A stretch of DNA of 36,622 nucleotides from a virus (IMGVR_UViG_2531839531_000013:1-36622), one strand, 5' to 3'. Counted from the stretch's first letter, positions 7,662 to 17,046 are shown. A program made the numbers and translations. Notes: a model not told the origin generated them from the letters alone.

Positions 7662-8834
7662 TTACGCGCTGACCTGGCTGGCGAAATTCACCAGGTACTG
7701 ATCGGTGATGCGCTGACGCAGCATCAGGTTTTCAAGTGGCGGCACTGGCGTGTAGTCGTAGTCGATGGTGAGTTTTCCGGCTTTCAGCGTGTCTTTGTCG
7801 TTCACCGACTCATCCAGCCAGCAATCACCACCAATGAGATAGCCCTGACTGACCAGGCTGCGCATTTTGGCGCGGATACCTTCGATAATGTCGCGGGCCA
7901 GCGACGGGTTAAGCGGTTTATCCACCGCCCACATGTGTGCTTCTGCCATCGTGTCCATCAGCACCTGCGCCGTGCGGGTGTAGTTTTCGAAGGCAAAGAG
8001 CGGGTCATCACTCAGGCAGCGGGAACCCCAGAAGCGGAAACCGTCTTTACGCACAAGCGTGGTAACGTCGTTCTGGTTCAGCAGACCTGCATCGGTTGCC
8101 GGGTCCTGCAGATCCCAGAACACATCTGCAGAAATTCCGGTGACACCGTTCACGCCCACGTTGGACAGGCTTTTGTGCCATCCGGTCTGCTCGTCAATTT
8201 TGGCGCGCAGACCAAGCGCACGGGCGGTGGCATATGCCGTTGCTTCGGCATTCAGCACCGTGTCCCAGCCAGTAAAGTCAGGCCAGATCAGCATCCCTTC
8301 GCGCTGGCTGAAGTTTTCACGGTAAGTGATCGCCTCCTGCACTGTCTTGCAGCCATACGCTGACAGGTAAGCAAATCCACGCAGGCTTTGCGCCACGCTC
8401 AGCAACTCAGTAGCTACCGCCTTGGTGTCGTGGCCTGGCACGCCGAGAATGCGCGGTTTAACGCCGAGCTGTGACTGGGCAGATAACAGGGCTTTCATAC
8501 CTGTTTTTTTACCTTCAGCAGTCACTGCGCCGATGATATTGGTCGTGGTTTCGTCTTCCGTTTCACCCTGCGGCACACGCACAACAATGGTCACGGGTTT
8601 TGCCTGGTCAGCGATGGCATCCAGCGAACGGGCCAGAGTACCTGACTCACCCGCTTTACCGCTGGCAGTCAGCACATCAGTGATCAGCACGGGTTTATTA
8701 AGAGGAAACATTTTTGCATCGGCATCATCGCCCGTGCAGACCATACCCACGATGGCGGTGCTCACCGTGGTAATAGATCGGGTGCCTTCGTTGACTTCAA
8801 CAACGCGCACCCCGTGGTGGTAATCCTGAGCCAT
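7662..8834 (-). CDS. FI: Contractile tail sheath protein gpFI
   Basis: 390 aa, first gene of the FI-FII-E-T-U-D operon. Confidence 0.9.
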   Translation of the reverse strand: MAQDYHHGVRVVEVNEGTRSITTVSTAIVGMVCTGDDADAKMFPLNKPVLITDVLTASGKAGESGTLARSLDAIADQAKPVTIVVRVPQGETEDETTTNIIGAVTAEGKKTGMKALLSAQSQLGVKPRILGVPGHDTKAVATELLSVAQSLRGFAYLSAYGCKTVQEAITYRENFSQREGMLIWPDFTGWDTVLNAEATAYATARALGLRAKIDEQTGWHKSLSNVGVNGVTGISADVFWDLQDPATDAGLLNQNDVTTLVRKDGFRFWGSRCLSDDPLFAFENYTRTAQVLMDTMAEAHMWAVDKPLNPSLARDIIEGIRAKMRSLVSQGYLIGGDCWLDESVNDKDTLKAGKLTIDYDYTPVPPLENLMLRQRITDQYLVNFASQVSA

Positions 8835-8910
8835 AGTGGCGAACCTCCTGATTGGATTAGGCTTCGCCCTATGTTGAAGTGATTGTGCCTGACAAACAGC
8901 TAAGCGCAGT

Positions 8911-8928
8911 TGTGTCGTTATTCACACA
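8911..8928. promoter_or_regulatory. Ogr/B-type activator site TGT-N12-ACA (late promoter PF)
   Basis: TGTgtcgttattcacACA. The centre is 85.5 bp upstream of the FI ATG (8834). Confidence 0.6.
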
Positions 8929-8976
8929 AAATAACGGTATTTGTCTGCTTGCAGGGATAATCAACATAATGCTGAT

Positions 8977-9543
8977 TCAGGGGGATTCATTGATCTTATT
9001 TGCCGGAAATTTTCTATAAATGGTAGAAACGCCTACATCAAAAATCAGTGCAATACGCTGTCTTGATTCTCCGGCCTCGAGTAAACGCCCAATCTGTGCC
9101 CACTGTTCGGTGGTCAACTTAGGACGGCGTCCACCTACTCTGCCTTTGGCACGAGCTGCAGCCAGCCCTGCCCTGGTACGTTCAACTATCAGTTCGCGTT
9201 CCATTTCAGCCAGGGCACCCATGACATGAAAAAAGAAACGGCCCATTGGGGTACTGGTATCAATACTGTCAGTCAGGCTTCTGAAATTCACACCACGCTG
9301 GCGCAACTCTTCTATCAGCGTAACAAGATGCCGCATACTGCGCCCCAACCTGTCCAGCTTCCAGACAACCAGCGTGTCTCCTGCCGATAGTGTCCTGAGT
9401 AGTTTTTTCAGCCCCGGTCTGTCGGACTTAGTGCCACTGATTTTGTCCTCAAAAATCTGCTCACATCCCGCGCAGTTCAGTGCATTACGTTGCAAATCGG
9501 TGTTCTGGTCATTTGTTGACACGCGTACATAGCCAATAAGCAT
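8977..9543 (-). CDS. Serine DNA invertase (Hin/Gin/Cin/Pin family)
   Basis: MLIGYVRVSTNDQNTDLQRNAL... contains the catalytic Ser motif, and there is a C-terminal HTH. The start is taken at the MLIGY Met (9543), which is preceded by GGGGA. Confidence 0.95.
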   Translation of the reverse strand: MLIGYVRVSTNDQNTDLQRNALNCAGCEQIFEDKISGTKSDRPGLKKLLRTLSAGDTLVVWKLDRLGRSMRHLVTLIEELRQRGVNFRSLTDSIDTSTPMGRFFFHVMGALAEMERELIVERTRAGLAAARAKGRVGGRRPKLTTEQWAQIGRLLEAGESRQRIALIFDVGVSTIYRKFPANKINESP

Positions 9544-9598
9544 GATCATCCCCCTGAATAAAAACCGGAGATGATGCCAGTTAGCTGTTACCTCTGCA

Positions 9599-9624
9599 TT
9601 TTCTTAAACGTTGGTTTGGGAGAA
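9599..9624. repeat. Invertase crossover site (cix/hix-like, 26 bp), left
   Basis: ttttcttaaacgTTggtttgggagaa has reverse complement TTCTCCCAAACC AA CGTTTAAGAAAA. Its half-site and AA core are identical to the site at 11210-11235, in inverted orientation. Confidence 0.8.
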
Positions 9625-9954
9625 GCCAGATATGTCATTCAGCGAGGAGCTAATGCCAATGGTGCGTGGATACGCTGGTCAGATGGTGCAATAGAAGTCT
9701 TTGGAACGGGGGGTTCTAATGATAATGGACTGGCTAAAGTCGTTTATCCAATTGCGCTACCTAAGCTTTCACGTTTTATCAGCATAGCGGAAAGAATAGG
9801 AACGGATTATGGGGGCACATCTAATAATGTTCACGTTTCAATGATCGTGGATGACCAGGTCACTAATACCGGTTTTTATGTCCGCTGCCAGATGTACGAC
9901 GGAACACCATCAACAAGTGCTTTTTCCTGGAGGGTTTATTGTGCGCCTGTTTAA
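9625..9954 (+). CDS. Silent alternative tail-fibre C-terminal cassette (Hv', 109 codons, no start of its own)
   Basis: The frame reads ...FLNV GLGE ARYVIQRGANANG... through the crossover site. H reads ...LTYL GLGE GSALPV... through its own site, so inversion would give an in-frame fusion after H residue 354. Confidence 0.7.
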   Translation, partial: ARYVIQRGANANGAWIRWSDGAIEVFGTGGSNDNGLAKVVYPIALPKLSRFISIAERIGTDYGGTSNNVHVSMIVDDQVTNTGFYVRCQMYDGTPSTSAFSWRVYCAPV

Positions 9955-10138
9955 TCCTGTTACTTTGACTGAAGTAATCCCCGGTCTTCATGACGTGACC
10001 GGGGCTGTTGAATTACCAGAAGATAACTGGTTTTTTACTGCATCTGAAATCCCTGAAGGAATGGAAATATCTGTTAACGAGAAGGGAGAACCCATTCTGA
10101 TTGAGATTAAACCGTCTCAGGAGGAACTGGCCAGATGA
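9941..10138 (+). CDS. Alternative tail-fibre assembly protein fragment (G', 65 codons, GTG start)
   Basis: GGAGGG lies 6 nt upstream of GTG 9941. The ORF starts 14 nt before the Hv' stop and converges on, and overlaps, the 3' end of G (10107-10138). It lacks the conserved C-terminal module present in G. Confidence 0.5.
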   Translation: MRLFNPVTLTEVIPGLHDVTGAVELPEDNWFFTASEIPEGMEISVNEKGEPILIEIKPSQEELAR

Positions 10139-10712
10139 CATCTGGCGCGGTGCTGGTATCTGTTGCCATCACCGCGTCAGTGTAATCCAGCACGGCGTTA
10201 AGTCGGGTGTTTTCTGCCTGCGTCAGCTTCCGCCCGGCCTGCAATTTCAGTTGAATCAGACTAATGGAAACCATTGCAGCATCAATCAGCGACTGCCGCT
10301 GTGTTTCTGCCATGTCTACTGCTGCTCTATGCTGTGCCTCGGTATCCGTCACCCATTTCTCACCATCCCATTTATCGTATGGCGTTAACGGGGCGATAGT
10401 GGTTGTCTTTTCAGGGTAATCACCCGGAGCTGTGATTTCTTTTGATTCTCCTGTTTCGGTGCTATAGACGATTTCACCGCGATGGTCTGGCACATATTCC
10501 CATGAGTTAAAATCTGCAGAACGGCAAATTGCATAACCAGCTTTATATGAGCCAGGAGCATCTAAACAGGAACATGCCGGGATACCGACACCCACAGCAA
10601 GATATTCGGTTGATGTGGAAATATATTCTCGTGTTTCACCATCATAATTATAAACAGTAATATCTCCCGCCTTTGTGGCGATGAGTTCCTTATTTAATAT
10701 AGCTTTATCCAT
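10107..10712 (-). CDS. G: Tail fibre assembly chaperone gpG
   Basis: 201 aa with an ATGA overlap on the H stop. The C-terminal ...LQAGRKLTQAENTRLNAVLDYTDAV...WPVPP motif is typical of Tfa/U-family chaperones. Confidence 0.85.
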   Translation of the reverse strand: MDKAILNKELIATKAGDITVYNYDGETREYISTSTEYLAVGVGIPACSCLDAPGSYKAGYAICRSADFNSWEYVPDHRGEIVYSTETGESKEITAPGDYPEKTTTIAPLTPYDKWDGEKWVTDTEAQHRAAVDMAETQRQSLIDAAMVSISLIQLKLQAGRKLTQAENTRLNAVLDYTDAVMATDTSTAPDVIWPVPPETV

Positions 10713-12271
10713 CAGGCAGCCCTCACGATATAATTAAAGGCAATGTTACGGGGTCGATTTTCGTTTGCAGTTGGAACAATTCTTGAAGCATCAAGGCCAA
10801 TCACTTTTGGGTAAACACTGCCCTCGGACCTTTCTGTCACCATACTTCTGACTAAGGAGAAATAACTATTGTTCGTTGAGGGGTTCAAAGGCACCACTGC
10901 CCCCTTAAACGAGCCTACTGATTCCCATATTGAATAATTTTCGGTGTTTACAGTCTTGAACTCACCATAGATATTACGTATGGCATCGCCCTGAGCGGAT
11001 AATATTGTTCTCCCCGCATCCGCACTACGCCCATCATCCCAGCCACGAATAAATTCACCGCGTAAATCAGGCAATTTATTTGTCGGGTAAGCCTTTGCCA
11101 GTTCCGGGTATTCTTCAGCAGAAAAAGCCGCACCATTGCATTTCAGCCAGCCTGTCGGCGGAGTGGCGGAAGGCCACGGAACAGGCACACCGACAGGTAA
11201 TGCAGAGCCTTCTCCCAAACCAAGGTATGTGAGAAGACCAGCTACATCCTTTCCACTCAAATTGGTAAGCGTATTGTCCAGCGGTTGTTTACCTGCCAGC
11301 GCATTAAGCATTGTCGTGGCAAAGTTCGGATCATTCCCCAGTGCCGCCGCCAGTTCGTTCAGTGTATCCAGTGCAGCAGGTGCAGAACCCACCATTCCTG
11401 CAATCGCCGATTTCACAAAAGCCGTAGTGGCAATCTGTGTATTGTTGACCGACTGCGCCGCCGTGGGGGCTGTTGGCGTTCCGGTGAGTGCCGGACTCGA
11501 CAACGGTGCTTTTAGTGCCAGCGCATTGTTAATGGTGGTACTGAAATTCGGATCATTGTTAATGGCTGCGGCTATTTCTTTCAGCGTGTCCAGCGTGGCT
11601 GGCGCACCATTAATAAGGGCCGTCAGTGCCGCCTGTACAAACGCAGTGGTCGCAACCTGCGTGGTATTATTCCCCGCCGCTGGCGTTGGCGCTTTGGGGG
11701 TTCCGGTAAATGTCGGGCTGGCTTTTGGCGCGTACTGTGAATGCGGGTCCGGTGCGGCAAGATGTTTTGCCATCTGATCATCCGCGTAAACCTTCAGCTC
11801 CAGTGCCTTGTCATCCACATACTTGCGGGTTGCCAGCACTACAGCAGGGTCGATTTTCAGGGTGATATTGTCCGTGCTGCTGGTAATCAGCACCATGCGC
11901 ACGGTCTGAGTGCGCCCGCTACCTTCAGCCAGTTGCGGCTTATAGCTTTCCGGGCAGTTGCCCACGGCAATCAATGCCCCGGACTCATCAAACAAGCCCA
12001 CTTCACGTATCCACCAACCGCCCTCGTTTTCAGGGATCACCTGTTCGGCAATAATCTGGCTGCTGTTCTGCGGGTCGATATAAAGCATATTCAGCGCAGC
12101 CCGGCGTTTCTCATTTACCAGTGCCGTCTGCTTTGCGTCTGGCGTTGGCAATACTCCACCGCCATCGCCCACCGCCATATGGGTAATTTTTAGCGGCACA
12201 CCGAGCGCGGCGGCGCTGGCAAGTTTCGCCGCGCCAATATCCGTCAGCAGGGTATAAAATTTTGTGCTCAT
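10712..12271 (-). CDS. H: Tail fibre protein gpH (current orientation: constant part + Hv)
   Basis: 519 aa with a conserved P2 H-like N-terminus. It contains two tandem ~75-aa repeats (NTTQVATTAFV...DPNF / NNTQIATTAFV...DPNF) and a C-terminal receptor-binding part after GLGE (residues 351-354). Confidence 0.9.
   Translation of the reverse strand: MSTKFYTLLTDIGAAKLASAAALGVPLKITHMAVGDGGGVLPTPDAKQTALVNEKRRAALNMLYIDPQNSSQIIAEQVIPENEGGWWIREVGLFDESGALIAVGNCPESYKPQLAEGSGRTQTVRMVLITSSTDNITLKIDPAVVLATRKYVDDKALELKVYADDQMAKHLAAPDPHSQYAPKASPTFTGTPKAPTPAAGNNTTQVATTAFVQAALTALINGAPATLDTLKEIAAAINNDPNFSTTINNALALKAPLSSPALTGTPTAPTAAQSVNNTQIATTAFVKSAIAGMVGSAPAALDTLNELAAALGNDPNFATTMLNALAGKQPLDNTLTNLSGKDVAGLLTYLGLGEGSALPVGVPVPWPSATPPTGWLKCNGAAFSAEEYPELAKAYPTNKLPDLRGEFIRGWDDGRSADAGRTILSAQGDAIRNIYGEFKTVNTENYSIWESVGSFKGAVVPLNPSTNNSYFSLVRSMVTERSEGSVYPKVIGLDASRIVPTANENRPRNIAFNYIVRAA
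11210..11235. repeat. Invertase crossover site (26 bp), right, inside H
   Basis: TTCTCCCAAACC AA GGTATGTGAGAA, an inverted partner of 9599-9624. Confidence 0.8.
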
Positions 12272-12873
12272 GGATTCACTCTCATTGTGTCAATAACATG
12301 GACCGCCCCGCCTTCATGCGCGGTGCCACCGGAAATAATCGTTTCGTTGATATACGGATAGATCGTGATTTCTTCGCCAAGATAGCTGGCGGCTCCCACC
12401 CAATGCGGGCCGCTGGTCTGCAGATTGATGGACATGCCGATCATGTGGCGGCTACATGGTTTGGCATCGCTTATCAGTCGCTCAAGTTCCAGATAGGTAT
12501 CTTCAGTGATGCCCTGGTCCTGCACGCCGATATCCAGGCGAAACGTGCCCGGTGTTTCTCCGGTCTGCCACCACTCAATAATGCGGATCAGGAATCCGAA
12601 CGGCTCCACCACCCGCCGCACGGCACTGGTGGTCCCTTTATGCTGATGAATATAAAAAGCATCCTTCACCACCTGGCGCTTGACGCTTTCTGTCCAGCCC
12701 TCGTCCCAGCGATCCACAGAGAACGCCCAGGCGAGATAAGGCAGGAAACTGACCGGACAGGTTGCCGGATTCCACAAGTCACGAAGCGGCACCTGCAGAT
12801 CAGAAATCCCGCTGCAGGTTTGCGCCAGTCGGCGCTCCAGTGGTGTTGAACCCGGTGGCAGCAGACTATTCAT
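12268..12873 (-). CDS. I: Baseplate protein gpI
   Basis: 201 aa, P2 order J-I-H, with overlapping stop/start codons. Confidence 0.85.
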   Translation of the reverse strand: MNSLLPPGSTPLERRLAQTCSGISDLQVPLRDLWNPATCPVSFLPYLAWAFSVDRWDEGWTESVKRQVVKDAFYIHQHKGTTSAVRRVVEPFGFLIRIIEWWQTGETPGTFRLDIGVQDQGITEDTYLELERLISDAKPCSRHMIGMSINLQTSGPHWVGAASYLGEEITIYPYINETIISGGTAHEGGAVHVIDTMRVNP

Positions 12874-13774
12874 CCGTTCCTCCGTTGGTTACGCTCCACT
12901 GCGTACATGATGCCGCCTGTGTTTTGTTCAGGACCACATCTGCCAGAGGAGAAGCCAGCTCCACACGCTGCACACCCTCAACATGCAGGGCGGCAAAGAT
13001 GGCGCTACGGCGAATATCCCGACCAAGACGCGTCTGACTGGCGATGTACTTCTGCAGGCTGGCTTTTGCCGCTGCCATTACCGGCTCTGCTTCTGGCCCC
13101 GGATAGAGAAAAATGGTGGCTTCCACGCGGTACGGGATGATTTCTGCACTGCGAACCGTAAGACGGTCAGCCACCGGGCGGACGTTCTCACTGTTCAGGG
13201 CTTTCTCCACCACATCCAGCAGGTCTTTTTCTGCTGTTCCGTCGCCTTCGCGGCTCAGAACAGTCAGCACCACCTCTGCAGGTGCCGGGCTGGTTGCACT
13301 GGCATCCGCCACCCGACCGTCGGCGCTTCGGGCATGAAATTCATAAGCTGCAGTTGGCCCCGCAACTGAAAGCCCTTCAAAGGCTGCTGGCACACGCAGG
13401 CGTAACGCTTCATCACTTTCCATCACAGCCGCAACGGGCGGTACAGCGTCATTATCAGCAGGCGTCACCGTCAGGCGTTTCACGTTGTAATTGGCAGCGA
13501 GCTGGTCCAGATCGCTCCCTATGGCATAAGCCACCATCACCGCCTGCGCGGCTTCGTTAATGCGCTGGCGCAGAAGCAACTCACGGTAAGCGTTCTCCTG
13601 CAACAATTTGGTAACGGGTTCAGATTCCAGTTCCAGCGTACGCATCACTGCTTCCTGCTCATCTTTCGGATGAAGCGCCACAAATTCTGCCTTGCGTTCG
13701 GCAAGCAGCGTCTCAAAGTCCGTCACATCCACAATCTGCGGCGCAGGTAACTGCGAAAGGTCAATCACTGCCAT
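12866..13774 (-). CDS. J: Baseplate wedge protein gpJ
   Basis: The start is taken at MAVIDLSQLPAPQIV (compare the P2 gpJ N-terminus MPIIDLNQLPAP), which overlaps the W stop. Confidence 0.85.
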   Translation of the reverse strand: MAVIDLSQLPAPQIVDVTDFETLLAERKAEFVALHPKDEQEAVMRTLELESEPVTKLLQENAYRELLLRQRINEAAQAVMVAYAIGSDLDQLAANYNVKRLTVTPADNDAVPPVAAVMESDEALRLRVPAAFEGLSVAGPTAAYEFHARSADGRVADASATSPAPAEVVLTVLSREGDGTAEKDLLDVVEKALNSENVRPVADRLTVRSAEIIPYRVEATIFLYPGPEAEPVMAAAKASLQKYIASQTRLGRDIRRSAIFAALHVEGVQRVELASPLADVVLNKTQAASCTQWSVTNGGTDE

Positions 13775-14120
13775 TCTCTGCTCCTGTTGATACGGAAAGG
13801 GAAACAGGCACACCGTTATTACGCCGCCCGGTCAGCTCCACCACCATAGAACCGTCAAAGTTGCTGTTGATGGTGATGGAATCAAGCGTCAGCCGTGGCT
13901 CCCAGCGACTCAGCGCCACATACACTGCCGACATGACCTGCAGGCGTAATGCCGGATTTTGTGGCTGGTCTATCAGTGCCGACAGCAGGGAACCATATTC
14001 CCGACGGGCAATGCGGCTACCCTGCGGTGTCAGCAGAATGTCCCGCACCGACTGGCGCAGATGATCAATATCAGTAATGACTTTGCCGCTGGCATTGTTC
14101 ATCCCGCTATAAAGCGTCAT
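13761..14120 (-). CDS. W: Baseplate protein gpW (GPW/gp25 family)
   Basis: 119 aa. The motif ...SVRDILLTPQGSRIARREYGSLL... matches my memory of P2 gpW. Confidence 0.88.
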   Translation of the reverse strand: MTLYSGMNNASGKVITDIDHLRQSVRDILLTPQGSRIARREYGSLLSALIDQPQNPALRLQVMSAVYVALSRWEPRLTLDSITINSNFDGSMVVELTGRRNNGVPVSLSVSTGAENGSD

Positions 14121-14695
14121 ACCGGGCCTCCGGTTGTATCGCCGCCTTTCAGGACGCCAGTATGCTGATGCGCATCAACCACAATCCCGTTAGAGCTCAT
14201 CGCTCCGCCGCCCTGGGTAACGCCACCATTGATCACCACTTCGCTGTTAATACGCGTGCGGTCAGCCTCCAGCACAAACTCACTGGTTTTCAGGGTGATA
14301 TTGTCAGCGGCCTCAATGACCATTGATTTGATGCCCCTGACATACCAGCGCCCGGTGGCGGGTTCGTATTCAAACCAGCCGCCGTCCGGGTATTCCGTCA
14401 CGTTGCCGTCCTCAGAGCATGAAGGTGGCGGAAACTGGTTTGAGTAGACCGCAGGCAGGGCAAACGCGGTTTCCAGATTGCCGCCAAGGCTGAACAGCAC
14501 AACCTGCTCACCCACAGACGGTTTCCACCAGGTGCGCGATTTGCCCGCGCGCAATGTCAGCCAGTTAATCCAGTTGGTTTCGAGGTCGCCAGTTTTCACC
14601 CGACACAGCCAGTTTGCCCTGTCCACTTCGGTGACTACACCTGTGCGGATCAGGTTGGTGATAAGGCGCATGATTTCGGTTAATTGTGCGTTCAT
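14117..14695 (-). CDS. V: Baseplate spike/assembly protein gpV
   Basis: 192 aa. ...WLTLRAGKSRTWWKPSVGEQVV... matches the P2 gpV core. Confidence 0.88.
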   Translation of the reverse strand: MNAQLTEIMRLITNLIRTGVVTEVDRANWLCRVKTGDLETNWINWLTLRAGKSRTWWKPSVGEQVVLFSLGGNLETAFALPAVYSNQFPPPSCSEDGNVTEYPDGGWFEYEPATGRWYVRGIKSMVIEAADNITLKTSEFVLEADRTRINSEVVINGGVTQGGGAMSSNGIVVDAHQHTGVLKGGDTTGGPV

Positions 14696-14741
14696 AGGGA
14701 AAGGTTGCCATCAGGGGAAGAAAGGCGACAGTGCTGCAACT

Positions 14742-14759
14742 TGTATCAGTGCTGATACA
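14742..14759. promoter_or_regulatory. Ogr/B-type activator site TGT-N12-ACA (late promoter PV)
   Basis: TGTatcagtgctgatACA is a perfect extended palindrome (TTGTATCAGTGCTGATACAA), located between the S stop and the V start. Confidence 0.6.
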
Positions 14760-14763
14760 AAGA

Positions 14764-15210
14764 TCACCCCGCCAGCCATTGCAGAATCATGTCGCGGGTC
14801 ATTGCCTCAACATCATCATTTACACCCAGAAGGCGACGCTCTGCGTAACGGACCTCAGGTCCTTTGCGACTGACGCGATCGCGCAAGCCGTAATGGTGAA
14901 CACGGGCAATGCGCTGCACCTTACCTTCAAACTGCACGCTGGCAGAGTCGGCGCTGGCGGCAGTTTTCAGGTATTTTGTGGTGCGAAGTTTTGTAAACAT
15001 CTGCCGTTTGATGCGGCCTTTTTTACTGCGTGCTGTTACCCGTCGCGGTTCATAGCTGCTGCCGTCAGGGTTGCGCTGCATCCTGATGTTCTGCTGCTGT
15101 GTCCGGCGCAGTTCCTGCGCCAGCTGGCGCATCATGCGGCTTCTGGCGGCTGGCTCCAGATTCGCCAGCAAGGCACTCAACCAGTCGTCCACTTTTTGCA
15201 GTTCAGCCAC
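14764..15210 (-). CDS. S: Tail completion protein gpS
   Basis: 148 aa, P2 order R-S-V. Confidence 0.8.
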   Translation of the reverse strand: MAELQKVDDWLSALLANLEPAARSRMMRQLAQELRRTQQQNIRMQRNPDGSSYEPRRVTARSKKGRIKRQMFTKLRTTKYLKTAASADSASVQFEGKVQRIARVHHYGLRDRVSRKGPEVRYAERRLLGVNDDVEAMTRDMILQWLAG

Positions 15211-15655
15211 GTTTCACCGTCCACATTTCTTCAGGTTCATCAGGTTCCGCTACAGCTTCAACGCTCGACACGCTGCCGTCAGTGCTGACCAGCACACTCT
15301 CCGTCAGTTGCAGGTTCAGGCTGATATCACAGACATCGTTGCGCAGAATATCCACCTCAAAGGTAAATAGTTTTTCCCGTAACGCCGGGTTATTGATGGC
15401 ATCGGGCTGGTTATCCCTCAGCCACAGCAAAACCGGGGCCATCAGCAGATTCTGGTCGCCGCTGAAATCCTCAATCACCGCGTTCAGGGTGTAACGGTAC
15501 TCCCACGACATGGAGCTGGCCCCCGTGGCAACCAGCGAACCGTTATCCACAAACAGATGCAGTTTGTCCGGGTTATTGCGGACATAAGGCACCGCTTTAT
15601 TGAGGGCGTGGCGCAGGGATTGTGGTTTGTTCACTGTTTCGCTCCTGACACGCAA
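15203..15655 (-). CDS. R: Tail completion protein gpR
   Basis: 150 aa. ...PQSLRHALNKAV...PDKLHLFVDNGS... resembles the P2 gpR N-terminus. The exact start is uncertain. Confidence 0.8.
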   Translation of the reverse strand: MRVRSETVNKPQSLRHALNKAVPYVRNNPDKLHLFVDNGSLVATGASSMSWEYRYTLNAVIEDFSGDQNLLMAPVLLWLRDNQPDAINNPALREKLFTFEVDILRNDVCDISLNLQLTESVLVSTDGSVSSVEAVAEPDEPEEMWTVKRG

Positions 15656-15887
15656 TAATCATGTCCACTTTGTCTGCACAGACCGCCCAGGCAGCCTCCG
15701 TTTCATCCAGCAACGCGTTCAGATCACCATTAGTGCGCGGCGTTGCCTGATCCAGCCGACACGGCGTCACTCGCGGACAACCACTGACGGTAAGCCGTAC
15801 CTCCGGTGAGTGCCGGACGTTCCCGCAGCCGGATAATGTCAGCAGGCAAAGGAGTATCAGCCCAGCGACGTAAATCCTCGTTCTCAC
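15597..15887 (-). CDS. lysC: o-spanin (LysC/Rz1-like lipoprotein)
   Basis: Signal peptide with lipobox LTLSGC. The ORF is out of frame with, and overlaps, the 3' part of lysB, as in P2 lysB/lysC. Confidence 0.7.
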   Translation of the reverse strand: MRTRIYVAGLILLCLLTLSGCGNVRHSPEVRLTVSGCPRVTPCRLDQATPRTNGDLNALLDETEAAWAVCADKVDMIIACQERNSEQTTIPAPRPQ

Positions 15888-16158
15888 GTTTCAGTTCCTC
15901 GATCCGGTGTTGTCGTTGTCTCAGCAGCGCGCTGGTCTGTTCTGCTTCGGCATAGAGCCGCGCCTGCTCCCGGTTATTGGTTTCAGTCAGAATGGACAGG
16001 CTGATAAGCTGGCTGTTGCTCTTTGCCAGTGCCTGGCTTTTGCTCTGCAGCTCGTCTGCCTGCGTGCTGATGGTCTGGCTGGCATCAGCCAGCCGCCACG
16101 TCTGCCAGCCCAGCGCCGCCAGTAATAACGTCAGCACAACCAGCAGCAACCGGTTCAT
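15730..16158 (-). CDS. lysB: i-spanin (LysB/Rz-like)
   Basis: N-terminal TM helix MNRLLLVVLTLLLAALGW followed by a coiled coil. Confidence 0.75.
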   Translation of the reverse strand: MNRLLLVVLTLLLAALGWQTWRLADASQTISTQADELQSKSQALAKSNSQLISLSILTETNNREQARLYAEAEQTSALLRQRQHRIEELKRENEDLRRWADTPLPADIIRLRERPALTGGTAYRQWLSASDAVSAGSGNAAH

Positions 16159-16532
16159 GCTGCTACCTGTTGCGCCATCTGATTACGGGTGATCCAGAAG
16201 GCAATAACGGTCAGTAGATAAAAGACCAGGGTAATAGCCCACCCCGTCCAGGCGAGACTTACAACAATCAGCAATCGCATCACCCAACTGATAAATACGT
16301 TTTCTTTTCGGGTAATTGTCTTCAGCAAAGATGCCCTCAACTCCTGCCAGAGCGGGCCATTCTTAATTAACGCAGCCAGTGCTACCGGAATTACCGCCCA
16401 TGTCAGCAGACAGGCTACCCAAACGCCGGATGCTGCCAGTACCGGAAAAATCCCCTGCGGATACACCATTGCTGCGATTAACAGCGCCATCCATAACATC
16501 AGAAACAGTCCGCTGATTAATTTCTTTTTCAT
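16155..16532 (-). CDS. lysA: Lysis timing membrane protein (LysA-like)
   Basis: Multi-TM protein starting MKKKLISGLFLMLW. The internal start 16532 is chosen because it abuts the K stop (16534). Confidence 0.6.
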   Translation of the reverse strand: MKKKLISGLFLMLWMALLIAAMVYPQGIFPVLAASGVWVACLLTWAVIPVALAALIKNGPLWQELRASLLKTITRKENVFISWVMRLLIVVSLAWTGWAITLVFYLLTVIAFWITRNQMAQQVAA

Positions 16533-16533
16533 T

Positions 16534-17046
16534 TCAGTTTGCTCCCTGTAAACACCAGGCCATCTCCCGCGCACGGCGGTTATCCAGCCCCTGATTAAAA
16601 ACACCTTTCACATAAACCCAGCGCGGCAACTGTCGGCACGCATCCGCCCAGCGCCGCTGATTGAGTAATTTCACCAGTGTGGAACTGCAGGCATTGCCCG
16701 TTCCCACGTTGAAGGCAAACGACACCGCAGCGTCATACACCTTCTGCGGCGGCTGTTGCTTCACACACCTTTCCAGCGCCCGCTCCACACGCAGCACGTT
16801 GGAGATCAGCCCTTCTGCTGCCTGTCGCTCCGTAATGGTTTTGCCGGGAATGACGCCCGACGTATTACCAATGCCGTCGGTCCAGACACCCGCGCTGCAC
16901 TGATACGGCTGCAGACGACAGCCTTCGTAATCAGCAATCAGTTTCAGCCCCTCCACGGAGGTGTGAAGCTGCTGAAAACCCGGCAGCGTGGCAGCAATAG
17001 CCAGCACGGCCCCGACAAGGCAGCGTTTAACGATTGATGGATTCAT
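16534..17046 (-). CDS. SAR-type endolysin (GH24 lysozyme, P1 Lyz / P21 R-like)
   Basis: The EGLKLIADYEGCRLQPYQCSAGVWTDGIGNT catalytic region is preceded by a Gly/Ala-rich N-terminal signal-arrest-release-like helix, CLVGAVLAIAATL. Confidence 0.88.
   Translation of the reverse strand: MNPSIVKRCLVGAVLAIAATLPGFQQLHTSVEGLKLIADYEGCRLQPYQCSAGVWTDGIGNTSGVIPGKTITERQAAEGLISNVLRVERALERCVKQQPPQKVYDAAVSFAFNVGTGNACSSTLVKLLNQRRWADACRQLPRWVYVKGVFNQGLDNRRAREMAWCLQGAN

Larger units (their letters stand above)
9599..11235. other. Invertible tail-fibre segment (~1.64 kb; Mu G / P1 C-segment analogue)
   Basis: Bounded by inverted 26-bp crossover sites and adjacent to an invertase gene. Contains two opposed sets of a fibre C-terminus plus a chaperone. 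Confidence 0.8.

Noticed and set aside
9571-9624. ATG at 9571 (MMPVSCYLCIFLNV...) as the start of an independent gene.
   Set aside because: The first 18 codons read through the invertase promoter region and the crossover site. The frame makes sense only as the silent 3' cassette fused to H after inversion.
10104-10117. Possible third invertase crossover site (gattaaaccgtctc) at the G/G' junction.
   Set aside because: Only the AAACC pentamer matches, and the rest of both half-sites diverges from the 26-bp sites at 9599 and 11210.
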